A stretch of DNA of 36,768 bases from Thermoproteaceae archaeon (GCA_020833025.1 JAJHRB010000006.1:1-36768), one strand, 5' to 3'. Positions 27,564-35,814 are shown, numbered from the stretch's first letter. Numbers and translations are program-made. The notes: generated by a model not told the origin, from the sequence alone.

Positions 27564-27945
27564 GCGGCTGGAGGAATCGCGCCGGCAGACGTGTTAGCCC
27601 GGGCCTGCCGGGGCGGGCAGGGAAAAAGAGGGCCTGGCACTCCTTATGCAGCAGCCGTCACCGCAGCCCACGCAATTGCGTGCACGGCATAGCCCGGCGT
27701 TCCGCGCTCTGCGCCCTCCCGGGCGGCTCCCCACGGCTAGTCCGGGCAGGGAACCGCAAGGGAGCGCCTGCATCAGACTCCTAGGGAGTCTGTGCCAGGA
27801 GTTTTGTGGCCGGGGAGCGGTCACTCTTGCGTACAGGACTCCCGGAAGAGACTCCCTAGGAGTCTGAAAGGCAGCCGGACGGGGGCAAAAGGAGGGTCAT
27901 TCTGTGCAGACCGGACAGTCAAAATCTGCCTGCTCCTCCAGCCGC
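27564..27945. other. Unassigned nested inverted-repeat element (structured ncRNA or MITE-like)
   Basis: Nested pairings 27564-75/27934-45 (12 bp), 27584-89/27925-30, 27640-49/27885-94 (9/10), 27740-45/27875-80 and 27773-91/27849-67 (19 bp); no credible ORF. Confidence 0.6.
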
Positions 27946-28116
27946 CGAGCCGGCCAATATTGAATTAACGCACTGAATTTAGCTACTGCGTCCAGTGCTC
28001 TGGAGCAAGATCTGCGTGAGGAGCCCAGCCTGGCCCTCGTGATGAGAGACTTGCGCTCAGTGCAGTGCGTCACGAGAGTTGAGATCCGCTAGCACGCAGT
28101 CCCGACCCCCGATTAA

Positions 28117-28599
28117 CTAGCTGGGGCTGGCGCTCCGGGCTGCGAGCGTCACTAAAAGTCTCCTCAGCGCGATGTGCTTGTCGAAATTTCCAGTCCTTAT
28201 CCATCTCCCGCATGCTCTGAACGGAGATAGCACGTATGCATTGTGCTTGCATGCCACCTCCTCAGTTGCAATGTAATACGGTTTCGAGACTACGAGAACT
28301 AGCGTTGACACGGCTGCCACTCTCTCGAGCGCGTCTATCACGCCCGCCTCGCGAGACCACCTTCTTATCTCAGCCGGGGGCGCGCCCCTTAACGTCGCAT
28401 CGTAGGGCTCCACCACCTGCCACTCGCCAACGAGGCCGTACCTTGCAGAGAGGACGTACAGCGATACTGGCGCGCCAGAGCGCCTCACCTCGTCTACAAC
28501 CCGGACAATGCGGGCAAACGCGGTCCCGCGGTAGAGCTCCCTTGCCGGGGCTGGCCTGTTGAGCTTTCTAGCGCTGCAGTTTGTAACCACCGATATCAC
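28117..28599 (-). CDS. DUF6884/YaaA-like protein
   Basis: NCSARK..PARELYRG..F, VLSARYGLV and EPYDATL pattern. Confidence 0.7.
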   Translation of the reverse strand: MISVVTNCSARKLNRPAPARELYRGTAFARIVRVVDEVRRSGAPVSLYVLSARYGLVGEWQVVEPYDATLRGAPPAEIRRWSREAGVIDALERVAAVSTLVLVVSKPYYIATEEVACKHNAYVLSPFRACGRWIRTGNFDKHIALRRLLVTLAARSASPS

Positions 28600-28672
28600 G
28601 CCAAATCTTGGGGGAGCGCGCTATAAGCATGTTCAGGCACAAAAGAATATAACGCGCGGCGGGCAGGCTGCC

Positions 28673-29422
28673 GTGGACTTTCTGTCCGCAGTGAAGAGAA
28701 CAGTAGAACTCCGAGCGGCGGCCGAGCCGCTGCCGCCTCCGAGAGCCGTACCGCTTGTCGACTTCGCCAGAGCGCTGGGAGAGTTTGGCGTGATTGCAGA
28801 GTACAAGCGCTCGTCCCCCCGCGGCCTCATCAGGCTTGACCTGCCGCCGTGGACCTACTTCGCGGAGCTAAGCGCGCACGTCTCGGCATTTTCGGTGCTG
28901 ACGGAGCCCTTCTGGTTTCTTGGAGATTACAGATTTATTGGCATCGCAAAGGCATTCAAGCCGGCCCTCATGAAAGACTTTGTAATCAGTAAGAGGCAGA
29001 TTGATATTGCATTCGGTTACGGTGCCGATGCAGTGCTGATAATTTACAAGCTAGTCGGGAGAGAGGCAGCAATGGAGCTTGCTGAGTACGCCGAGAGACT
29101 CGGCCTCACGCCGGTGGTGGAAGTTGACAACGCGAGAGACGCGAGGGAGGTCGCAACGTGGGGCGGCAAGATAATAATCGGAATCAACGCGCGAGATCTC
29201 AGCACGCTGGAGGTGAACCTCCAGCGAGCCTTTGAGGTGGCCAGGGCCCTTCGAGGAGACGTCGATTACATAATCGAGAGCGGAATTTCCAAGCAGGAGG
29301 AGGTGGAGAGAGCGTGCGAGCTGCACGCAAAGGGAGTTCTGGTCGGCACGGCTCTCATGAAGAACCCACCTCTCGCCAGAGAGCTCAAGGCTGCTGCCGA
29401 GAGGTGTCTCGCGAGGCGCTAG
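28673..29422 (+). CDS. trpC: Indole-3-glycerol phosphate synthase
   Basis: Likely start GTG 28673 behind AATATAA; IAEYKRSSP, SVLTEP, MKDF, VEV, GINAR, ESGI and LVGTALM motifs. Confidence 0.93.
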   Translation: MDFLSAVKRTVELRAAAEPLPPPRAVPLVDFARALGEFGVIAEYKRSSPRGLIRLDLPPWTYFAELSAHVSAFSVLTEPFWFLGDYRFIGIAKAFKPALMKDFVISKRQIDIAFGYGADAVLIIYKLVGREAAMELAEYAERLGLTPVVEVDNARDAREVATWGGKIIIGINARDLSTLEVNLQRAFEVARALRGDVDYIIESGISKQEEVERACELHAKGVLVGTALMKNPPLARELKAAAERCLARR

Positions 29423-30306
29423 CGCGCGGAAGCCTGTCGGCCGCACGGGCGGCGGTCGCGGCTGTAGTGAGCGCGGCTGCGTTAAAATTCGCGGCCTTCT
29501 CGCAGAGCCTCTCCGCAGCGGTGCTCGCTGACGCGGTGCACACAGCGGTTGACATAACCGCGGTGGCAACGGCATACCTAGTAGTTAAGGCCAGCCTGAA
29601 GCCGCCAGACGCAGAGCACCCCTACGGCCACCAGAGGGCAGACGCGGTTGGAGGCATTATTTCATCCATGGTCATGCTCCTCTCTGCCGCGATAATTGCA
29701 TACGAGGCATTGCATAAATTAGTGCTGTGGGAGCCATACGCGCCGTCTCTCATTAGCGCGGCGCTGCTGGGCACCGCCGTGGCGATAGACGTGAGCAGGG
29801 CGGCAAGCATGAGCCGCCAGAAGGGCCGCTCTATCACGCTGCGCGCGAGCGCGGCTCACTTTGTAACCGACGCGGCAATATCGCTTTCCGCGCTTGCCGT
29901 GCTTCTGTCAGGAATTGTGGCGTCGGCGCACAGCGCTGGCTTTCTGACGCGCTGGGGTCCTGCTATTGATGCAGGCACGGCTCTGGCTGCTGCGTGCTAT
30001 CTGGCACTGCGTTGTGCTGCCCTGCTGAGAGTCTCTGTAACCGAGTTGCTGGACTACATGCCGCGCGAGATTGCAGACAGGGCATGTAGAATTGCGCGCG
30101 AGATGCCCGGCGTGCGCCTCGTCAAGTCCGTCCGGGTCAGGAAGTCGGGAAGTATATATCACGCCGATGTGGTCATAGCGGTTGACGGCCACATGTCGGT
30201 CAGCGAGGCTCACGAGATAGCCGATCGCGTTGAGAAAGCTCTCAGAAGGGAGCTAATGGGCGAGGTGTCGGTGCACGTCGAGCCTTGTGACTACAGACAG
30301 AATTAG
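29404..30306 (+). CDS. Cation diffusion facilitator transporter
   Basis: LADAVHTAVD, PPDAEHPYGH, HFVTD and AHEIAD..E...VHVEP motifs; start GTG 29404 inferred. Confidence 0.9.
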   Translation: MSREALARGSLSAARAAVAAVVSAAALKFAAFSQSLSAAVLADAVHTAVDITAVATAYLVVKASLKPPDAEHPYGHQRADAVGGIISSMVMLLSAAIIAYEALHKLVLWEPYAPSLISAALLGTAVAIDVSRAASMSRQKGRSITLRASAAHFVTDAAISLSALAVLLSGIVASAHSAGFLTRWGPAIDAGTALAAACYLALRCAALLRVSVTELLDYMPREIADRACRIAREMPGVRLVKSVRVRKSGSIYHADVVIAVDGHMSVSEAHEIADRVEKALRRELMGEVSVHVEPCDYRQN

Positions 30307-30605
30307 GGGCTTGGCGGCGTCTGCGAGCCACCACTGCTCTCTTTCATCTGTCTCTCTATTTCCTCAAGGGCCTTTTGCACCTCTCTCTCTATCTCTTCAA
30401 TGGGCTTCGGCGGCGGCGTGGTGGCCAGCGCGTAGCCGACCCACGCGAGCACTCCCAGAATTGCTGCCACTGCGATGAATGCTGTTATTTTGAGTACGAG
30501 CACGTCCCACGGCGGCGGCGTGAAGAAGACAAGCCAGCAGTAAACTAGTATTCCCGCCACGCCGGCCGCTATTAGGCCCGTGCCTATTGCCTGGTCTCTG
30601 TGCAT
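30303..30605 (-). CDS. Small two-TM membrane protein of unknown function
   Basis: MHRDQAIG...two TM helices...TTPPPKPIEEIEREV, a pattern recalled from conserved archaeal hypotheticals. Confidence 0.8.
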   Translation of the reverse strand: MHRDQAIGTGLIAAGVAGILVYCWLVFFTPPPWDVLVLKITAFIAVAAILGVLAWVGYALATTPPPKPIEEIEREVQKALEEIERQMKESSGGSQTPPSP

Positions 30606-30624
30606 GAGTGATGCTGCAGCGCGG

Positions 30625-31593
30625 CTATATAACAATATGGCGGCTGCCAAGACAGCACGTAATATAGTAGACGTAACCCGCGAGCCCCACGGGCGCCGTG
30701 AGGCCGAAATTTCTAGAGAGCACTACGATGGCGGCCTCGGCGGCTGAAACCATAATGGCGATGAGTAGCGCGCTTGCTGCCGCCGGCTCGATAGAGTAAG
30801 TGCCCAGCAGCATTGCAACTCCTGGGTAGAATGTGCTGTACAGCGCCTTCTCGCCGACTATTGCGCTCACACCCTCGCTGTCTCTGCCCCTGGCGAGGAA
30901 AACAAGCCCTACAATAGACTCGGGAAGCGCCGTCGCTATCGGCACGAGCACGATTGAAAGCGCCAGCTTATCTACTTTCAGCGTCTCGCCGAGAGCCTTA
31001 ATTCCGGACACCAGAATCTCGCAGCCGAGGTAAAGCGAGAGGATGGCCGTAAGCGCCTGAAAGACCGGGTTTCCGAGTTTGAGGGCCACGCGCGCCGCCT
31101 CTACCCCCCTCTTCTCACGCAACATGAACCTGGCATACGCGAAATACAGCGCGAGCAGCGCAGCGCCGTAGAGCCTGGCGTGGGCGCTGGCAGCCTCGCT
31201 AGTGAGCGGTAACGGCAGCAGCGGGGCGGCAAAGGTCAGCAGCGGGACCGCAATGATGCGGTCGACGCGTGGCACCGCCGTGCGTCTCCGCTTTAGCGCC
31301 CAGCAGACAAGGCTGGCGAGAACTGCAAGTGGGTATATAATAGTTGACGCCATGAAGGGCTGCGCCACGATGGATCCCCACGCAATTTCGACCTCTCCGT
31401 GCGCCAGCGCGACAATGTACGTGGCTAGCTCGGGAAATGACGTCATAACCGGCGCGAATATTGCCGCAACGCCCACAGTTTCCATGCGAAATTTCCACGA
31501 GATATAGCGCACGAGCTGCTCTATGAGCACGCCGGCAAGAACCGTCAAGAGCACGCCGGCAGCGATCACCGCAAACGCTATGCCAGGTAGCAT
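30625..31593 (-). CDS. CaCA-family sodium/calcium antiporter (YrbG-like)
   Basis: Two alpha repeats, APVMTSFPEL and PIATALPES; about 10 TM helices. Confidence 0.88.
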   Translation of the reverse strand: MLPGIAFAVIAAGVLLTVLAGVLIEQLVRYISWKFRMETVGVAAIFAPVMTSFPELATYIVALAHGEVEIAWGSIVAQPFMASTIIYPLAVLASLVCWALKRRRTAVPRVDRIIAVPLLTFAAPLLPLPLTSEAASAHARLYGAALLALYFAYARFMLREKRGVEAARVALKLGNPVFQALTAILSLYLGCEILVSGIKALGETLKVDKLALSIVLVPIATALPESIVGLVFLARGRDSEGVSAIVGEKALYSTFYPGVAMLLGTYSIEPAAASALLIAIMVSAAEAAIVVLSRNFGLTAPVGLAGYVYYITCCLGSRHIVI

Positions 31594-31600
31594 CCCTGAA

Positions 31601-31659
31601 CTTTCAGTGCTCTATTTTAGGTTCGTCGTTCATCCTTTCAATGACTTTATTCGAGACGC
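31601..31659 (-). repeat. Two CRISPR-repeat-like sequences 10 nt apart
   Basis: CTTTCAGTGCTCTATTTTAGGTTC (31601-24, 19/24 to the recalled repeat) and CTTTCAATGACTTTATTCGAGACG (from 31635). Confidence 0.4.
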
Positions 31660-31733
31660 CGCGGCGTTGGAGATGCCTTATTTGGTGTTCCCTGACGGTA
31701 GTGCGAGCTCCCTGACTCCCGCGCCGCCGCGCC

Positions 31734-32633
31734 CTAGCGGCTGCCTTCCTCCCTGAACTTCGAGATGAGCCGGGCAGCCCTTCTGCCGACTTCCAGCGGG
31801 TCGTCGCCAAATACCTTGACCACATGCCTCCTCCCTCCGCTCGCGTAACCCGCCGTGAATTCTATAGTGCCGCCAGGCAGGAGTCTCGCCAGCCCGCCCA
31901 CGGCGACGTGACAGCCGGCGCCCACGTTCTGCAAGAACTCCCTCTCTGCGCTTGCCTCAATCATCGCTGCCCTGTCGCTGGCCTTTCTGAGCAGCTCTAT
32001 CAGCCACGCATCGCTCTCTCTCACTACAGCGACGACAATTCCCTGACCCGGCGGCGGCGGCATGTCCTCAGCGCTTAGAGGGGCGGCGCGAACAGGCAGC
32101 GAGCTCCCATAGAGCCTGTAGAGACCTGCAAGCGCCATGATTGCAGCGTCGTAATGCCCCGAGAGGAGCTTTCGCACTCTCGTGTCCACGTTGCCCCGAA
32201 GCGGCTTCACCTCAATGTCCGGCCTCAAGGCCTTGAGGAACTCTGCCCTCCTCACGCTTGAGGTGCCCACCACGGCGCCTCTTGGCAGAGTCTCTATGGT
32301 GTAGCCGGCCTTGCTGACCACGGCGTCGTGGGGGGGCGCGCGCTTGGAGAAGCACGCAATTACGAGACCCGGGGAGAGCTCGGAGGGCAGATCCTTGAGG
32401 CTGTGCACCGCTATATCGGCCTCGCCGCGGAGCACTGCCATGTTTATCTCCTTCTCGAATATTCCCTTAACTCCAATTTTATAGAGCGGCCTGTCTTGTA
32501 TCAAGTCGCCTGTTGTCTTGATAATAATGGTCTCGAATTCTATATCCGGCTCGACGGCCCTCACCTGCGAGAGGAGCTCCTCCGTCTGAATCAGGCTGAG
32601 GGGGGAGCCTCTTGTTGCGACTCTCAGCTTCAT
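31734..32633 (-). CDS. hemC: Porphobilinogen deaminase
   Basis: [40 protein letters not shown] and GAGCH (cofactor Cys) motifs. Confidence 0.96.
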   Translation of the reverse strand: MKLRVATRGSPLSLIQTEELLSQVRAVEPDIEFETIIIKTTGDLIQDRPLYKIGVKGIFEKEINMAVLRGEADIAVHSLKDLPSELSPGLVIACFSKRAPPHDAVVSKAGYTIETLPRGAVVGTSSVRRAEFLKALRPDIEVKPLRGNVDTRVRKLLSGHYDAAIMALAGLYRLYGSSLPVRAAPLSAEDMPPPPGQGIVVAVVRESDAWLIELLRKASDRAAMIEASAEREFLQNVGAGCHVAVGGLARLLPGGTIEFTAGYASGGRRHVVKVFGDDPLEVGRRAARLISKFREEGSR

Positions 32634-32691
32634 TGCCGGGTGGCGCAGCCGCGGGGCGGATTTTTAGTTTGGGTCTTGATAGCTGCAAGCG

Positions 32692-33843
32692 CTATTCCTG
32701 CGCCGCGAGGCGGCCGAAGAGGACAGGTATGGGGCACAGCGGGTCGTCGCCGAACATGTCGCCGGCTAGGTAGTAAGCCCTCGCCCTGTCTCCTCCCTTG
32801 CAGTAATGCCTGAACCTGCATGCCGAGCACCTGGGCCCGCGCAAGTACCTGTCAGTGTTGATGAAGGGGTCGAGCCTCTCCGGGTTGAGGACTTCTGCGA
32901 GCCTGCTCTCCCGCACGCTACCCAGCCTGTAGAAATCGACGAACTGACACGGATAGACGCTACCGTCGGGGTGCACGGATACTATTTTGCGGCCGCAGCC
33001 GCCCGAGAGCCTCACGAACTCGAGGTACTCGCGCAGCGAACTCCCTCCGAGAATCAGCGCGAGGTACACGCCGTCAAAGGGGCCCAGCGCGGTCTCTATT
33101 TCGAGCCTGCCCGCGTACTCCCTAGCCTTGGCCACCAAGGTCTCCATGAAGGTCGCGTACTGCTGCGGCGTGTACCACCAGTCACTGCCGAGAGCCCTTG
33201 CCCTGCCGGCGGCAGAGAGATGATAGAACACAACCCGCAGTGCGCCAAGGCTCGCGGCAAAGTCCACGTACTGGCCAGCCTGGTGGATGTTCTTTGCCGT
33301 GACGGTGAAGCGGAGGCCCACGCTCAATTCTGCCGCGATGGCATTCCTCGTGCCATTAATCGCGGCCTTGAAGGCGCCGGGCAAACCGCGAAAGCTGTCA
33401 TGAAAGCGCTCTTCGGCTGAGTCGAGACTCACGCCAATGTAGTCAACTTCGAGCTTTGCGAGCACTCTCGCCGCGGCGGGGCTTATCAGGGTGCCGTTCG
33501 TAGAGAGGGCTACTCTGATGCCCAGCTCCTTAGCGCGCCTAATTATGTCGGGGAGGTCCTCTCTCATGAGCGGTTCGCCTCCTGACAGTATTAATAGCGG
33601 CGAGTTAATCTCAGCCACCTGCTCGACAAATCTCAACGCCTCGGCAGTCGTTAGCTCCGCGCGGCGGGTGCCAGCGTCAGCGTAGCAGTGCGCGCAGTTA
33701 AGGTTGCACCTCCACGTGAGGTTCCATGCGATCACAGGCCTCAAGTGGCCAGAGAACTCGCTGGGCCTCCCGACGCCGTACGCACCCTTGACCCTAAACG
33801 ACACAGTGCCGCGCCCCGTGACGAGAACAGATACGGGTATCAC
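32692..33843 (-). CDS. Radical SAM/SPASM protein, AhbC/NirJ-like (siroheme-to-heme route)
   Basis: WNLTWRCNLNCAHCY, LSGGEPL, STNGT; SPASM CGRK...YPC and CSACRFRHYCKGGDR motifs; upstream of hemC. Confidence 0.85.
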   Translation of the reverse strand: MIPVSVLVTGRGTVSFRVKGAYGVGRPSEFSGHLRPVIAWNLTWRCNLNCAHCYADAGTRRAELTTAEALRFVEQVAEINSPLLILSGGEPLMREDLPDIIRRAKELGIRVALSTNGTLISPAAARVLAKLEVDYIGVSLDSAEERFHDSFRGLPGAFKAAINGTRNAIAAELSVGLRFTVTAKNIHQAGQYVDFAASLGALRVVFYHLSAAGRARALGSDWWYTPQQYATFMETLVAKAREYAGRLEIETALGPFDGVYLALILGGSSLREYLEFVRLSGGCGRKIVSVHPDGSVYPCQFVDFYRLGSVRESRLAEVLNPERLDPFINTDRYLRGPRCSACRFRHYCKGGDRARAYYLAGDMFGDDPLCPIPVLFGRLAAQE

Positions 33844-34261
33844 GGGCGCCCTCTCAGCTCCCTCCAGCCCTCAGGGGGTCCCGGGAGGTCTCTCTGCGCT
33901 CTGCGGCTGGATCCCGGCAGGCGTTTTGATGCGGCCGCGCGGCAGCTCGGCGGCGCCGGCAGGCCACAATGCCCGAAAGGGACATCCCTCCACGCGCCGG
34001 CTGGGTACCGGAGTTAATAACGGTTCAGGCCCGGAAAGAGTAGTGGACCTGGACCTCAGCCATTATCGAGGCGCCCCGCGCCCGCGTGATCGGCACCCCG
34101 TCCCTGTCGGTTTCAGGGCCGCACCACGGCACTGGCCCGCCTGCGGCAGTTCTTGCACTCTTGCACCCGCACCTCGGGCCCCAACGAGCTTCTCAATCGG
34201 TCCCAGCAGCCGAGGTCCAGCGGCGCCTTTCTGCCTGTATTAACAGCGGTCGCCCTCTATT

Positions 34262-34432
34262 GAGCCCTTCTGACCTCCTCCCCGCCCTGAGGGGCGGGTC
34301 CCCCGGCGGCTCGCCGGTTTGCGGCTTGCCGCCCTCACCCCCACCGCCTCACGGCTGGCGGGCGCCCGCCCCGCTCGTCCGGCGGCAGGCCGCGGGCCGG
34401 GCCTCCGGCCCGTTACCCCTATCCCTCCCGGG
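34262..34432 (-). ncRNA. Unassigned very GC-rich structured RNA candidate
   Basis: Minus strand carries hairpins GGGCCGG/CCGGCCC, GCC-GTGA-GGC, GCGG-CAAG-CCGC and CCCGCCC/GGGCGGG with purine-rich loops; no credible ORF. Confidence 0.45.
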
Positions 34433-34730
34433 ACTCGGGGATATGTAGGGCTTGAAAGCTCGACCACGCCCCGGGGGGCTTTCAGTTGTAATGATCGGCT
34501 CGAAAAGCGCATAACTGTGACTGGAGTTGCAGGCGTTACCTGTGCTTGTAGAGTTCTCCCACCAGCCCGCGTATTAACGCCGCAGTGTTTAAGTATGCCC
34601 TGGATGTTGGGAGGCCCGAGCCGGCGGGTTTGGCGGCGTCTCGCGCGACAAGGTCGCCGCGATTCCGTACATGGAGGCAAGGGTGTAGGAGTATGTACAC
34701 ACTACGTGGAGTCTAACTCAGGAGGACTAG

Positions 34731-34809
34731 AGCCCGGGACGGTACACATCCGACCCGGGAGCCGCCCAGACCGCTCACCGTGGCCCCTTGGCCGCTAGAC
34801 GACCGGGCT
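34731..34809 (-). ncRNA. tRNA-Gln-derived 5' fragment or degenerate tRNA with intact promoter
   Basis: Begins AGCCCGGTCGTCTAGCGGCCAAGG (tRNA-Gln-type acceptor and D-arm) and closes with CCGGGCT, but has no recognisable anticodon loop or TTC T-loop; TATA 24-31 nt upstream. Confidence 0.55.
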
Positions 34810-35200
34810 CTGAGTGCCAGGCGCCTCCTCCCTTTTATGCTTTTTCCCGATCTGCTGCCCCGTGTTCTCCCCGAAGAGCCGGCCAGCGCAATGCTGGCGA
34901 TTGCCGGCGGAGGAAATTTATGCTAGGTACCTCTCTGCATTCCAGCCTGCAGAGAGCCGGCTGTCAGCCGGCCCTGTGAGGGCAGGAGCGTTGGCACTCC
35001 GACACACCTCTAGCGCTCTCTGCGTGCCAGTACGGTGCATAACATTGGCATCGCGGTTGCCGGAAGCAGGCGAGCCCCCACTGCCAGGATTGCGGGCTCA
35101 GCGAGAGGAGGCTCTTCGCGTATCTGCCTAGCTGTCGCTCGTCACAGCGGCGTATTACTGCGTGCGGGCGAAAAACAATTTCGCGCGGCAGGCACGATCG

Positions 35201-35710
35201 TTAATATCTCCCGCTCCCGCGCATGTAGCGCGGCCCGAGCCACGGCGGCAGCCGGCTTATCACGCGCCTCACGTACTCCTCGAGCCAGTCCGGCGTCCTG
35301 AACTCGTTCACGACGTCGAAGTGGTCGTACGGCTTTATGTCGAGCACCGGGCTCCCAGTCCACGCGTCAAGGCCCATCACTCTCACGCGCGGCGGGCTCA
35401 CCTCGGCCAGCTTGACAATAGTCAGCGCTATGCGGTTGGGCCTCAGCGGCGATCTCGTGGCAAACACGCCGACCTCGGGCGCGACCTCGCTCGCGACCGG
35501 CCTCACCTTGAGCCTGCCCTCTCCCGCCTCGTGGAAGTACCACAGCACGAACGCGTGGCTGTACTCCTCCAGCCCCTCAAGCCCCTCCGCATACTCGTCG
35601 TAAACTCGAATCACCGAGACGAAAGAATATCTGTACTCGTCGACGCCGCCTGTCCGGGGGACTCCAACCTCCACAAAGCCTATTGGCCTCATGCAGAGAG
35701 GGCCTGACAT
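35201..35710 (-). CDS. trmO: tRNA m6t6A37 methyltransferase TrmO/TsaA
   Basis: RPIG, GLEGLEEYSH, GVFATRSPLRPNRI and GLDA..GSPVLDIKPY motifs. Confidence 0.92.
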   Translation of the reverse strand: MSGPLCMRPIGFVEVGVPRTGGVDEYRYSFVSVIRVYDEYAEGLEGLEEYSHAFVLWYFHEAGEGRLKVRPVASEVAPEVGVFATRSPLRPNRIALTIVKLAEVSPPRVRVMGLDAWTGSPVLDIKPYDHFDVVNEFRTPDWLEEYVRRVISRLPPWLGPRYMRGSGRY

Positions 35711-35814
35711 TTAGCCCCCGCTGCCGCGCGGGGCGTTAAATCAGTTATGCACGCTGCCAGCTAAACGCCGCTAGCTATGTGGGGAAATCTTAAATAGACG
35801 CCGCGAGAGAAACG

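Noticed and set aside
27598-27615. GGGCCTGCCG-GGGC, similar to the tRNA-Trp leader
   Set aside because: No tRNA 5' half is adjacent, the match is gapped, and the segment forms its own local hairpin.
27564-27945. Interpretation as a permuted SRP RNA (minus strand has GGAGCAGGC near the start and CAGGCCCGG near the end)
   Set aside because: Joining the ends does not rebuild a GNRA-capped helix 8 and no terminal BHB could be drawn. Kept as unassigned.
28014-28060. Possible C/D sRNA (GTGAGGA ... GTGATGA ... CTCA) with AGACTTGC complementary to a 16S rRNA GCAAGTCT site
   Set aside because: No proper D or D' box and only about 8 nt of complementarity to a sequence recalled from memory.
31669-31718. 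Two CTGA boxes with a GGAG/CTCC terminal stem, C/D-like
   Set aside because: The C box (GAGATGC) is weak, the C' box lacks the GA pair, and the second guide is only 7 nt.
34025-34043. CAGGCCCGGAAAGAGTAG resembling SRP RNA helix 8
   Set aside because: One nt short, CCC/AG does not pair, AGTA replaces AGCA, the flanks do not form helix 8/5, and it is on the opposite strand from the GC-rich RNA.
34113-34220. 35-aa minus-strand ORF with CKNC (LDLGCWDRLRSSLGPEVRVQECKNCRRRASAVVRP)
   Set aside because: It needs a CTG start, is very short and has only one CxxC; it cannot be supported without homologs.
34451-34485. TGAAAGC/GCTTTCA inverted repeat with CRISPR-like ends
   Set aside because: Only 7 bp, and similarity to the repeat is limited to the terminal 7-8 nt.
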